This document shows positions 9,182 through 17,814 of a DNA stretch of 21,319 nucleotides, one piece after another; position 1 is the first letter of the stretch; every line of letters starts with the position of its first letter. Origin of the DNA: Leptolyngbyaceae cyanobacterium (GTDB lineage: Bacteria; Cyanobacteriota; Cyanobacteriia; Phormidesmidales; Phormidesmidaceae); assembly GCA_050331235.1 (NCBI GenBank), contig JBHJHA010000043.1:1-21319 (forward strand), read 5' to 3'. The translations under genes were made by a program, and so were the position numbers. The notes below the pieces were generated by a model that made no database searches, had not been told where the DNA came from, and saw nothing but the letters and a program-made list of their open reading frames with translations.

Positions 9182-9240
9182 TGAAGAAGTCTGATGCAAT
9201 CCGTTAATTCAGAGCGCATCACTTATTACGGAGATAAATT

Positions 9241-9627
9241 ATGGAATTGAGAGCGATCGCCCGTTCAGTGCAGCGACTTTTCTGTTTTGGCACTAGCGTT
9301 TTCTTGCTTTTTTTCGGCTTCTTTTTTAACTTTGACGAGGCTGCTTTAGCTGGTAATCAAGCTGCCAATGTAGTTCAATCAAGGGCAGCGGAGGAGTTAG
9401 ATAGAGTCGCCGGAGAGGGCACTGCCAATCAGTTAGAAGGTCAAGCCCAAGAAAACCTTGGTCAGATTCAAAAGCAGTTTGACCAAGTCGATGGTGCAGC
9501 CCGGCAGGCCAAAGGGAAAGTGCAAAAAGATATTGGTCGAACTCAGAATGCCGCTGAGGATGCTGCCGACCAAGTCGAAGATGCAAGTGATAGTCTTATC
9601 GATTCTGTCAAAGACTTTTTTGACTAG
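9241..9627 (+). CDS. CsbD-like / LEA-like general stress protein with an N-terminal signal or TM segment
   Basis: GGAG RBS; hydrophobic N-terminus ending AALA; repeated QLEGQAQENLG / QAKGKVQKDIG units typical of CsbD; SVKDFFD tail. Confidence 0.8.
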   Translation: MELRAIARSVQRLFCFGTSVFLLFFGFFFNFDEAALAGNQAANVVQSRAAEELDRVAGEGTANQLEGQAQENLGQIQKQFDQVDGAARQAKGKVQKDIGRTQNAAEDAADQVEDASDSLIDSVKDFFD

Positions 9628-9685
9628 TCATCCGATGAATGAGACTTAAGTTTTGAACTTAGTAAACGTATTGAGAGTAAGCACG

Positions 9686-10036
9686 ATGATTTTTTCCAAC
9701 CTCAACTACCGTCAGTTTGTAAAGGCGGCTGTGGCCTTGTTTGTGTGTACATTACTATTTATCGGTTCGGCCACGTCGGCTTTCGCCATTGGCAGTACTC
9801 CGAGTGATTCTTCCAAGGGAGTGGCAGAACTGAACGATCTCAAAGAAACTTCTAGAAAAGCGGTTAGAGACGAACCCAGAAGTAAAGACGAAGTTAAAGG
9901 TAAAGCACAACGCGGCCCAAATGAAGTGCAAGGGGACGCTGACCTTAACAAAATGAAGAACCCTGGGAATTCTCAGCAGTCGAAAACTGTGGCTGAGCAG
10001 GCAGAGAATGCATTAGAGAACCTTGCTGGTCAATAA
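9686..10036 (+). CDS. Exported hydrophilic stress protein (cyanobacterial low-temperature-induced, Lti-like)
   Basis: Signal peptide ending SAFA, then a charged hydrophilic domain with GPNEVQGDADLNKM; ATG 9686 preferred over TTG 9653. The family name is from recall and tentative. Confidence 0.7.
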   Translation: MIFSNLNYRQFVKAAVALFVCTLLFIGSATSAFAIGSTPSDSSKGVAELNDLKETSRKAVRDEPRSKDEVKGKAQRGPNEVQGDADLNKMKNPGNSQQSKTVAEQAENALENLAGQ

Positions 10037-10061
10037 GCTCTGAACCGATAGGTTGATGGTT

Positions 10062-10090
10062 AAGCAGCTCTAGATATAGGGCTGCTTTTT
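10062..10090 (+). terminator. Rho-independent terminator
   Basis: AAGCAGCTCTA-GATA-TAGGGCTGCTT followed by TTTGTGTGTTTTTT. Confidence 0.85.
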
Positions 10091-10450
10091 GTGTGTTTTT
10101 TTGTAGCTTTCTTGCTAAAGATAAATAGTTTCTGGATTATATTGCGCCAGCTAAGCTGTTGCTGTAGGCCATATTCGAGCGGTGAATCTATGTATTGCTT
10201 ACGGAGTCCTTAGGTTGGCTTCCTGAGTAGAATGCTGTGATCTTGTGGTCTATCCCTCTCTGAGAAGAGGTGGAAATTTATGGGTGTTAACATAGAGGCG
10301 CGGACAAATTAAGGCCGCATCTAATCGATTATCTTGCTTCGGAGTAGATTTCGACTTCTCTGATAAGCTTCGAGGTTGCTACAAGCAATTTCTAAGGGGT
10401 GATCAGTTTGGATACACTACTCACTCTTTAGGAGCTATAAGCCCTATCTA

Positions 10451-10882
10451 ATGCCTACTCATGATTCTTTTCGTAAGCCAAGTATCGAAAGTTTCTATCC
10501 CCAAAAACCGACTGTCGTCAACGTAGATGACGATTCCGACAGTCTTTTATTAGTTAGCTATGTTTTAGAAGCGTTCTCTTGCTCTAGTCTATGTGAAACA
10601 GAGGGGGAATCTGCCTTAAAGTTAATTTCTCGTTTGATTCCTGACTTGATTCTTGTTGACATTCGGTTGCCAAAGCTCAGCGGTTTAGATATCATCCGCA
10701 CGTTGAAAGCGAATCAACCAACGTCAAAGATTCCTGCGATCGCAATTACGGCTGTTCCGGGTGCTGAATATCGTCGTGAAATTTTTCGAGCCGGTTTTGA
10801 CCATTATTTGTGTAAGCCTTACCACTTAGACGACCTCTATGCCGCCATTGGTTGCTATCTCCCTGTTAAGTCCATAGCTTAG
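10451..10882 (+). CDS. Single-domain response regulator (CheY/DivK-like receiver)
   Basis: VDDD acidic pocket, phospho-acceptor Asp in PDLILVDIRLP, SGLD, IAITA and KP motifs. Confidence 0.93.
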   Translation: MPTHDSFRKPSIESFYPQKPTVVNVDDDSDSLLLVSYVLEAFSCSSLCETEGESALKLISRLIPDLILVDIRLPKLSGLDIIRTLKANQPTSKIPAIAITAVPGAEYRREIFRAGFDHYLCKPYHLDDLYAAIGCYLPVKSIA

Positions 10883-10954
10883 AGGGCAAGCCAAAGCAGC
10901 GTCGAGGGTTTTTAATGAGCAGTCCGTGGGCTTGCTTCTAAGCGGCTTGGCTCC

Positions 10955-11368
10955 CTACTCGGCTTTGCCGCCATTGGGCGCAAATGTGGGAACGTTTCCT
11001 AAGATCACAACGATCGCGGTTCTCCCGGTTTCCAGCGTAGTATCGCTCAAAATGTCAACAACGGTTGACGACAACTCTGCCTCAATAACCTCAACTAAAA
11101 GTGGCCTCACTGCGGTATCGAGATCTGCGCGAACTCTTTCTACGTCAGTTTTGACCCCTCCAGCTTGGTCTTTGTCACCCTGGATTAAAAACTTTTCAAC
11201 TTTTGTTAGTGAATCTTCGACAACTAGCATAATTTTGTCGTCGACAATTTGGCAGGCCACCTTTCCCGGAGAGTGTCCCAGCTGATTTTTGTAAACCTTT
11301 TGAATCTTCTGCGATAGCGCTCGCTGGGTTTGACCGCGAGTGGTTGTCAGGGTCGTAGTTGTAGGCAT
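10955..11368 (-). CDS. DUF2294 (MpsC-like) protein
   Basis: TRGQTQRALSQKIQKVYKNQLGHSPGKV...EDSLTKVEKFL...VVDILSDTTLETGRT; ATG at 11368 preferred. Confidence 0.88.
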   Translation of the reverse strand: MPTTTTLTTTRGQTQRALSQKIQKVYKNQLGHSPGKVACQIVDDKIMLVVEDSLTKVEKFLIQGDKDQAGGVKTDVERVRADLDTAVRPLLVEVIEAELSSTVVDILSDTTLETGRTAIVVILGNVPTFAPNGGKAE

Positions 11369-11391
11369 ATAGATAATGAATGTGGGGTTTG

Positions 11392-11437
11392 ACAGCCAGT
11401 TGAGAGTTGCCGAAAAAGCCAAGTCTCAACTGGCTGT
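11392..11437. promoter_or_regulatory. Long stem-loop in the DUF2294 leader
   Basis: Perfect 14-bp inverted repeat ACAGCCAGTTGAGA (11392-11405) / TCTCAACTGGCTGT (11424-11437). Confidence 0.7.
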
Positions 11438-11517
11438 GGCTCATGAAGGAACGTCAGGGGTGGATACCAGATTGTCGATCAAAGCAATCAAGAAGCTGTG
11501 TATCATCAACCATACTT

Positions 11518-11591
11518 ATTTTATTTTTTCTTCACAGCCAGAAAAACGACCAAAAGATGCGTTGATATACGATCTTACATCGGCTGTTAGA
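11518..11591 (-). promoter_or_regulatory. Putative activator boxes plus -10 element of the DUF2294 gene
   Basis: Minus strand: CGCATCT-TT-TGGTCGT (11561-11546), 22 nt, TAAAAT (11523-11518); a second box TACATCG-GC-TGTTAGA on the plus strand at 11576-11591. Confidence 0.45.
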
Positions 11592-11729
11592 TAGAGTTCA
11601 CAATCAACTAATCCGAGCCGCTCTGGACGGTTCATTCCGGCTGGCGGTCTCAGTTGAGCCGACCATTAAAAAATAAAAAGGACTTATTGCTGACAGTCCA
11701 GCGATTGAAGATGGCCACCCGATGACGAC

Positions 11730-11753
11730 TCGCTACGTCATTCGCTACGTCAT
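11730..11753. repeat. Perfect 12-bp tandem duplication
   Basis: TCGCTACGTCAT twice in direct succession. Confidence 0.9.
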
Positions 11754-11776
11754 GATGTTGAGTGCGGTCTTGCCAC

Positions 11777-11808
11777 AAAAAAAGAGCAGCCGATCAACGA
11801 CTGCTCTT
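11777..11808 (-). terminator. Rho-independent terminator of the large repeat-protein gene
   Basis: Minus strand: AAGAGCAGTCG-TTGAT-CGGCTGCTCTT followed by TTTTT, about 17 nt after the stop. Confidence 0.85.
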
Positions 11809-11825
11809 GTGCGGATTTTTTTTAC

Positions 11826-14800
11826 TTAGCTGATGACTGCTAAGCTGCCACCGATCGCGGCGACTATGGCGGAAATGGTTGCCGTTGCGAACAGCCACCA
11901 AGAGGCTGCCTCCGCTGCCTTGCGCATGTCATCGACCTGCTGTTGCGCTTCTTGCTTGAGTACGGTCACCCGCCGCTCTACCTCCTGCTCCAGGCGCTCG
12001 GCTTTTTGTAGAGCACTGTCGCGAGCAGATTCCACTTGGTTGATGACTCGGTGGGCATCCGCTTCAGAGATGGCATCGTGGGAACTGACAATGGCGACCA
12101 GCGTATTGCGATCGCACCGAGCTAAGCGCTGCTTGAGAGCTTCAAAGCCTGATTGCGGATCATCAAATAGAGTCCGCAGGTCGCGACGAATGCCGTCATA
12201 ATCCAGTTCTGGACGTTCAAGGGAATTGAGATATCCCTTAATTCGTGCCAGCAGTCGATCAATCAACGACTGAACGCGTAGTTGCAACTGGTGTAGCTGC
12301 TGCTGAATCTCGTCTCGCACTGACAAAACCTGCTCAACGGTGGCTTCCGCCTCGGCCTGGGTCATGTCGGGGCGCTGGGCCAAGAGTGCCACTACAGTAT
12401 TGCGATCAATTTGGTTGAGCCGTTGCCCCAAACGCTGTGCGCCTAACTGCGGAGAGTTTAACAAGAGACGCAGGTCACGCTTGATGCCCTCGGGGTGCAG
12501 TTCCGCTTTTTGCGTATTGCGCAGATATTCCTCCAAACCTTGCTGAAAGGAGGCGGCCTGTTGTCGAGTCCGACGCGCCAATCGCTGGGGCGCTTTCACA
12601 AGATTGCGAATCGCCTGCTGAATATTGTCAATGATCTCGTTGACTTCAGTGGCGCTCAGATCATCGCGCTGGCTCAAGAGTTGTACAAGCGTATCTCGGT
12701 CCATCGCGGCAAGGCGCGCCCGAATAGCTTCGGCTCCAGCTTGAGGTTGCTCCATCAATAGGCCCAGATCCCGCTGAATGCCCTCAGGATTGAGCTCTGG
12801 CTTGCCGGTACGGCGCAGGTAAGCGGCGATCGCGCTAGTGGCTTCATCCAACTTGGCTTGGGCCTGAGCCGTGAGCTGGGCCGGGGTACCGATCACTTGA
12901 TACCAAGTCGTTTCCACTTCATGCAAAATGCGGCGAATATCGGTCTCACTTAGATCGTCGCGCTGGTTCAGAATCTGTACAAGAGTTTCTCGATCGAACT
13001 GGGCCATGCGCTGTCGCAGACGATGCACGCCGACATTGGGCTCCTTCAGCATCGTCGTTAGATCCCGTTTGATCCCAGCTGGGTCGAGCTCCGAACGTCC
13101 GGTTTGCCGTAGGTAGCTTTGTAGCTGTTGCCAATTTTCTTCAGCCTTAAGTTTCACTTGCTCTTGTAAGCTGTGGGCCTCAGATAGAGTTTGATTTTTT
13201 TGTTGCTCAAAACGGCTCACGAGCAACTGCACTTCCGCCGGATCGAGATCATTGCGCCCGTTCAACGTCTGGGCAAAGAAGTCAGTGTTGATTTCAGAAA
13301 AACGCACCTGGAGATCATCAAAGCTCGCCTCATCATCGGCAATCAAGCTTTGGAAGGCATCTTGTCCCATGTCAGCCAGCAGCTCGGCTTTAGGAGTCTC
13401 CTTTAAGAAGACCGTAACCCGGCTTCGTAATGCCTTAGCGGCTTCAAATCGATCGATATCAATCACTTCACGCAGCACCTGTAGCCGCACAGACTCCAGG
13501 CCAGCAGCCGTTTGCTCAATCTCTGTCGGGGTCAGCAAGCCGCGCCCTGCCAGAATGTTGACAAAATCTGACCGGCTTAACTGTTGGAGTTCCTGACGCA
13601 GCAGGGTCGTACTGGCTTCGGTGTCGTAAATGACATCGCGGAACTGAGCCTCTAACCGTTCTTGCTGTAGCTGCCAGGGAAACGTATTAAGTAGGTAATT
13701 TTCTACATCGGCTCTAACAACGCTGTAACGCTGATTGGCAGCACCTGATGCCGTCAATGGTGAAGGGTTGGAACCAGTCAGTGCTGTTCTGGTCTGATCG
13801 ATCTTGGTGGCGACTTTCTCAACATCAAGGTCAGAGAGATTGACGTTGGCCAGCAGTGCGCCTGAGAGCGTATTTAACCCTTGGGAAATCATGCCTGAGG
13901 ATGACTGCTGTCCCCGACGGCGATACGCGTCTAAAAATTGGTCGAGGCGATCGCCTACTTGCTCCGCTACTCGCTCTTCGGGGCGGGCCGTCCGCAGATA
14001 ATCGGCCAAGTCAGCTAGGGAGCTTTGGCCAGTGGTTTGGCTAATTTCTCGTTGCCAAATGCGATAGAGACGACCGGCAACTCGCTCCACTTCCTGACGC
14101 GACAAATCCGTGCGGCTACTGACCAGATCTTCAAAGGTTTGTTGGTCGAGTTGGGCGAGGCCATCGGCATTGGTCAGCGCCTCCAAATCCGTTGTCTGGA
14201 TTAAGGTTTCAAATTCCCGCTCCAGCTCGGCGGTATCAAGTTGGGGCGATCGCAAGGTCGCGACATAATCCTGCACGGAGTCCAGCAGGTCGCCTTCCCC
14301 AAAGCCTTGGGCAATCTCCTTACGGACGGCCGCTGCAACCGCTTCAGCGGTTTCAAAAACTTGGTTGCTGGCAGCCTTTGCCCCAAATGCCGCCGTGGCG
14401 GTACCCACTAAAGAGTTAAAGCTCGCCGTTGCCGTTCTCACGACGGAGCCGATGAGTGATCCCACCGTGGTGGAACTGACCCAAAACAGTAAGGAAAAAT
14501 AGGTGCCCCAAATCACCAGGCCAGTGATGGCTCCGAGCAAAGCACTGTTGTAAAGACTGAGTTTGACCGCTAACCAGCAGGCAAAAAAGAGTGCCAGGCT
14601 GACCGTGATCAGCGTCCAAATACCCACGGTGACGGTAATGCGGCCAGGGCTTACCCCCCCCGAAGACTTAGACGAAGACGAATGTCCAACATAGGAAATG
14701 CCAGCGGCGATCGACAGATTAGTCAACAGGAGTTGAAATCCGAAGGCCAAGACTAAGCCCGACAGCAGAGCAATAAAAAACTGAGGACCCGAAAATATCA

Positions 14801-14885
14801 GGGCCGCATCTTCGGGAGTTTCAATTCCAGACTGGGGGAGCTGAGCCAGCCAGTGGGCAATTGGACTAGAGAGAAATTCATACAT
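11826..14885 (-). CDS. Large membrane-anchored helical-repeat protein (3 N-terminal TM, about 7 repeats of ~100 aa, 1 C-terminal TM)
   Basis: AAGGA RBS before the ATG at 14885; hydrophobic N- and C-termini; repeats of YLR.T.+.EL.P.GI.RDL...DR.TLV.LL.QR.D[LM]S. Confidence 0.9.
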   Translation of the reverse strand: MYEFLSSPIAHWLAQLPQSGIETPEDAALIFSGPQFFIALLSGLVLAFGFQLLLTNLSIAAGISYVGHSSSSKSSGGVSPGRITVTVGIWTLITVSLALFFACWLAVKLSLYNSALLGAITGLVIWGTYFSLLFWVSSTTVGSLIGSVVRTATASFNSLVGTATAAFGAKAASNQVFETAEAVAAAVRKEIAQGFGEGDLLDSVQDYVATLRSPQLDTAELEREFETLIQTTDLEALTNADGLAQLDQQTFEDLVSSRTDLSRQEVERVAGRLYRIWQREISQTTGQSSLADLADYLRTARPEERVAEQVGDRLDQFLDAYRRRGQQSSSGMISQGLNTLSGALLANVNLSDLDVEKVATKIDQTRTALTGSNPSPLTASGAANQRYSVVRADVENYLLNTFPWQLQQERLEAQFRDVIYDTEASTTLLRQELQQLSRSDFVNILAGRGLLTPTEIEQTAAGLESVRLQVLREVIDIDRFEAAKALRSRVTVFLKETPKAELLADMGQDAFQSLIADDEASFDDLQVRFSEINTDFFAQTLNGRNDLDPAEVQLLVSRFEQQKNQTLSEAHSLQEQVKLKAEENWQQLQSYLRQTGRSELDPAGIKRDLTTMLKEPNVGVHRLRQRMAQFDRETLVQILNQRDDLSETDIRRILHEVETTWYQVIGTPAQLTAQAQAKLDEATSAIAAYLRRTGKPELNPEGIQRDLGLLMEQPQAGAEAIRARLAAMDRDTLVQLLSQRDDLSATEVNEIIDNIQQAIRNLVKAPQRLARRTRQQAASFQQGLEEYLRNTQKAELHPEGIKRDLRLLLNSPQLGAQRLGQRLNQIDRNTVVALLAQRPDMTQAEAEATVEQVLSVRDEIQQQLHQLQLRVQSLIDRLLARIKGYLNSLERPELDYDGIRRDLRTLFDDPQSGFEALKQRLARCDRNTLVAIVSSHDAISEADAHRVINQVESARDSALQKAERLEQEVERRVTVLKQEAQQQVDDMRKAAEAASWWLFATATISAIVAAIGGSLAVIS

Positions 14886-15494
14886 TGGGTATTTCCTTAT
14901 CAAAAAAAGGCCGATAGCAGCTTGAAAAATCTATGGAGGGAATCTGCCTCAAAGCTGGGGCCGGAGCCGGGGATGAGTGCAAATGACTCGCGGCTGGAGC
15001 ACTCGCGAGCGGGCCATCCCCAGAGCCATTACGACCTGCCCGCGCATAGGGACCTCGCCGACGGCCAAGCGCTGGTTTCTGCAACATTTCCATACTCACC
15101 TGAGTGCATGACCGGCCTGGGTCGTTGTGAGTAATCGTGCAACGGATGATGCCTTCTTCTAGTACAGCGGTGATTTACCTAGGATTCATCTGACCTGAGG
15201 CATACCCAAAAGGCATAAATTTTTGCTCACCTGATGGTGTTGGTTAATGGCAGGGACGCTGAAATGCTGTTGTGAGGACCGTTCGTGGCAGCTGGTTCCC
15301 GAGGTGAGGATGGGTAGATTTTGCCGTAGAAACTTAGGAAGGTACTGCCGACTGTGCGATATACAAGCAGAGCTGATTTCCAGGGGCGATGACTCTGCCT
15401 CTGGTCGGCAACACCCCGGCTATCAAGATTATCGATATGATGCTGAGGGCACTCGCGCAAACTCCGGTAGCTGTAATTGTCAGTTGTAATCACT

Positions 15495-16271
15495 ATGACT
15501 TATTGCTTGGGCATCCATGTACGGCAGGGAGTTTTGTTAGCGGCGGACTCTCGGACCAATGCCGGCGTAGACTATATCTCGTCCTATCGGAAGCTATTTG
15601 ACTACTCGGTGCCGGGCGATCGCGCCCTCATTCTTTGCTCATCGGGCAATCTTTCTATTACTCAGGCCGTTTTACATACCCTTGATCGAGACCTGATTAC
15701 CAATACTGAGCCCAATCTGCATACGCTGCCGACCCTGCACGACGTGGCGCGATACATAGGCCACTGCATCCGAAAATTACAAGAAATTGATCGGCCCTGG
15801 CTGCAAAAGGACAACATCGATTTTCAATGCAGCTTTTTACTCGGTGGACAGATTCAGGGAGAAGCCTCCCAGCTATATCTGATTTATAGCCAAGGCAACT
15901 GCATTCGCAGCACCCCCGAAACCCCATTTCTGCAAATCGGTGAAACCAAATACGGCAAACCGATTTTGGACCGCACCCTGACCTACGAATCGCCCTTAGC
16001 AAATGTAGCGAAATTTGCACTGCTGTCCATTGACTCGACGATGCGATCGAACCTGTCCGTTGGTCCGCCGATCAACCTAATCATGTATCACGCCGATAGT
16101 TTCGATATTAGTCACAAGGCGCGCTTTTATGCGGGCGATCCGTATCTGATTAAGATGCGCAAGCATTGGGAAGTCGCGCTCCGAGAAGCAGCGGCCACAA
16201 TGCCCGAAATCGAATGGCACTGTGAAGCTGTGCCCGATGGCCCCGATTTGACCGATATTTCTGAGCCCTAG
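15495..16271 (+). CDS. Anbu proteasome-type Ntn-hydrolase (COG3484)
   Basis: MTYCLGI (Thr1 nucleophile exposed after Met removal), DSRTNAGVD, QIGETKYGKPILDR, DSTMRSNLSVGPP; start moved to the ATG at 15495. Confidence 0.95.
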   Translation: MTYCLGIHVRQGVLLAADSRTNAGVDYISSYRKLFDYSVPGDRALILCSSGNLSITQAVLHTLDRDLITNTEPNLHTLPTLHDVARYIGHCIRKLQEIDRPWLQKDNIDFQCSFLLGGQIQGEASQLYLIYSQGNCIRSTPETPFLQIGETKYGKPILDRTLTYESPLANVAKFALLSIDSTMRSNLSVGPPINLIMYHADSFDISHKARFYAGDPYLIKMRKHWEVALREAAATMPEIEWHCEAVPDGPDLTDISEP

Positions 16272-16300
16272 GGCAACCGGGCACTGGAGACGAAGCACTG

Positions 16301-16314
16301 GTATCCGCTGTTAC
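16301..16314 (+). promoter_or_regulatory. NtcA-binding site
   Basis: GTA-TCCGCTGT-TAC, a perfect GTA-N8-TAC, in the intergenic gap upstream of the ATP-grasp gene; the downstream -10 is imperfect. Confidence 0.6.
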
Positions 16315-16368
16315 GGTTTGTGGTCCTGTTAACCAAGTATGACTGAATCGGTTGCTTGGAGGGAAGAC

Positions 16369-17814
16369 GTGACCCAGTTAGATAGTTATGACCCGGGCGA
16401 CTTTTATGACGAATTATTTGAGTCTCAGGGCACGCCCCGTCCTGCTGCGGCCGAGCTTGTAAAGCGCATCAAATCGCTATCTGTCGAGGAGCTACAGCGT
16501 CGTCAGGAAGCAGCGCAAAATATGCTGTTTAAGATGGGGGTGACGTTTAACGTTTACAGCGATAACCAGGGCACCGAGCGGATTTTTCCGTTTGATGTGA
16601 TTCCCCGGTTTGTGCCCTATCAGGAATGGAAGTGGCTCGAAAGTGGTCTCAAGCAACGCATTGCAGCGCTCAACTGCTTTATCCACGATATTTATAACGA
16701 TCAGAAGATTATTAAAGATCAGGTCATTTCTCGGGCGGCGATCGAGTCTGCGCCGGGCTTTTTGCCGGCCTGTATGGGTTTGCAGCCACCCCAATCGATC
16801 TGGTGTCATATCACCGGCACCGATTTGGTAAAAGACCGTGATGGCCGCTGGTACGTGTTAGAAGATAATCTCCGCTGTCCATCGGGTGTTTCCTATGTGT
16901 TGGAAAACCGGCGCGTGATGAAGAGTTCCTTTCCTACCTTTTTTGATGCCCTCGACATCCAACCCGTCGATGACTATGCTAGCCAGCTTTTGGAAACCCT
17001 GCTCCACCTCGCGCCGGATAATCTCTCCGATCCTTGTGTGGTGGTGCTGAGCCCCGGTATTCATAACTCGGCTTATTTTGAGCATTCCTTTTTGGCGCAG
17101 CAAATGGGTACGGAGCTTGTGGAAGGCCGCGATTTGGTGGTCGCCGATGGCTATTTGCAGATGCGAACCACTAAAGGACTGCGCCGAGTGGATGTCATTT
17201 ATCGCCGGATTGATGATGACTTTCTCGATCCGCAGGCGTTTCGACCCGATTCGATGTTGGGGGTGCCGGGGCTAATGGAGGTCTATCGTAATGGTCGGGT
17301 GGCGATCGCCAATGCGCCCGGCACCGGCGTCGCCGACGATAAGATGATTTACGCCTACGTGCCCGAGATGATCCGCTATTACTTAGACGAAGAGCAAATC
17401 TTGCCCAACGTGCCCACCTATCTTTGCGAAGATGCCCAACAGCGGGAGCATGTGCTGGCCCATCTCGATCAGCTTGTGGTCAAAGCAACCAACGCTTCAG
17501 GCGGCTACGGCATGCTCATGGGGCCCCATGCCACCGATGAGGAACGCACCGCTTTTGCCGAAAAAATTCAGGCCGATCCGCGTAACTATATTGCTCAACC
17601 CACTCTGAGTCTGTCTCGGGTCCCGACGTTAATTGACGGCCAATTTGAGGGCTGTCATGTTGATCTGCGTCCTTTTATTTTGTACGGCCGCGAAATTTAC
17701 GTGAACCCTGGCGGGCTGACCCGAGTCGCCCTCCGGCGGGGGTCATTAGTCGTCAATTCGTCCCAAGGGGGCGGCAGCAAAGATACGTGGGTAGTCAAGG
17801 AGGAGACATGCTAA
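16369..17814 (+). CDS. Circularly permuted type 2 ATP-grasp protein (COG2308)
   Basis: [90 protein letters not shown] at 16369 follows GGAGGG; ATG at 16339 is an alternative start. Confidence 0.96.
   Translation: MTQLDSYDPGDFYDELFESQGTPRPAAAELVKRIKSLSVEELQRRQEAAQNMLFKMGVTFNVYSDNQGTERIFPFDVIPRFVPYQEWKWLESGLKQRIAALNCFIHDIYNDQKIIKDQVISRAAIESAPGFLPACMGLQPPQSIWCHITGTDLVKDRDGRWYVLEDNLRCPSGVSYVLENRRVMKSSFPTFFDALDIQPVDDYASQLLETLLHLAPDNLSDPCVVVLSPGIHNSAYFEHSFLAQQMGTELVEGRDLVVADGYLQMRTTKGLRRVDVIYRRIDDDFLDPQAFRPDSMLGVPGLMEVYRNGRVAIANAPGTGVADDKMIYAYVPEMIRYYLDEEQILPNVPTYLCEDAQQREHVLAHLDQLVVKATNASGGYGMLMGPHATDEERTAFAEKIQADPRNYIAQPTLSLSRVPTLIDGQFEGCHVDLRPFILYGREIYVNPGGLTRVALRRGSLVVNSSQGGGSKDTWVVKEETC

Noticed and set aside
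11833..14619. Numerous short ORFs overlapping the giant gene (and similar ones over icd, the antiporter, the Anbu operon and the phosphoesterase)
   Set aside because: Antisense or out-of-frame shadows of well-supported genes, with no recognisable motifs.
15486..15499. GTA-N8-GAC overlapping the Anbu start codon as an NtcA site
   Set aside because: It has a mismatch, and such near-matches are common by chance.
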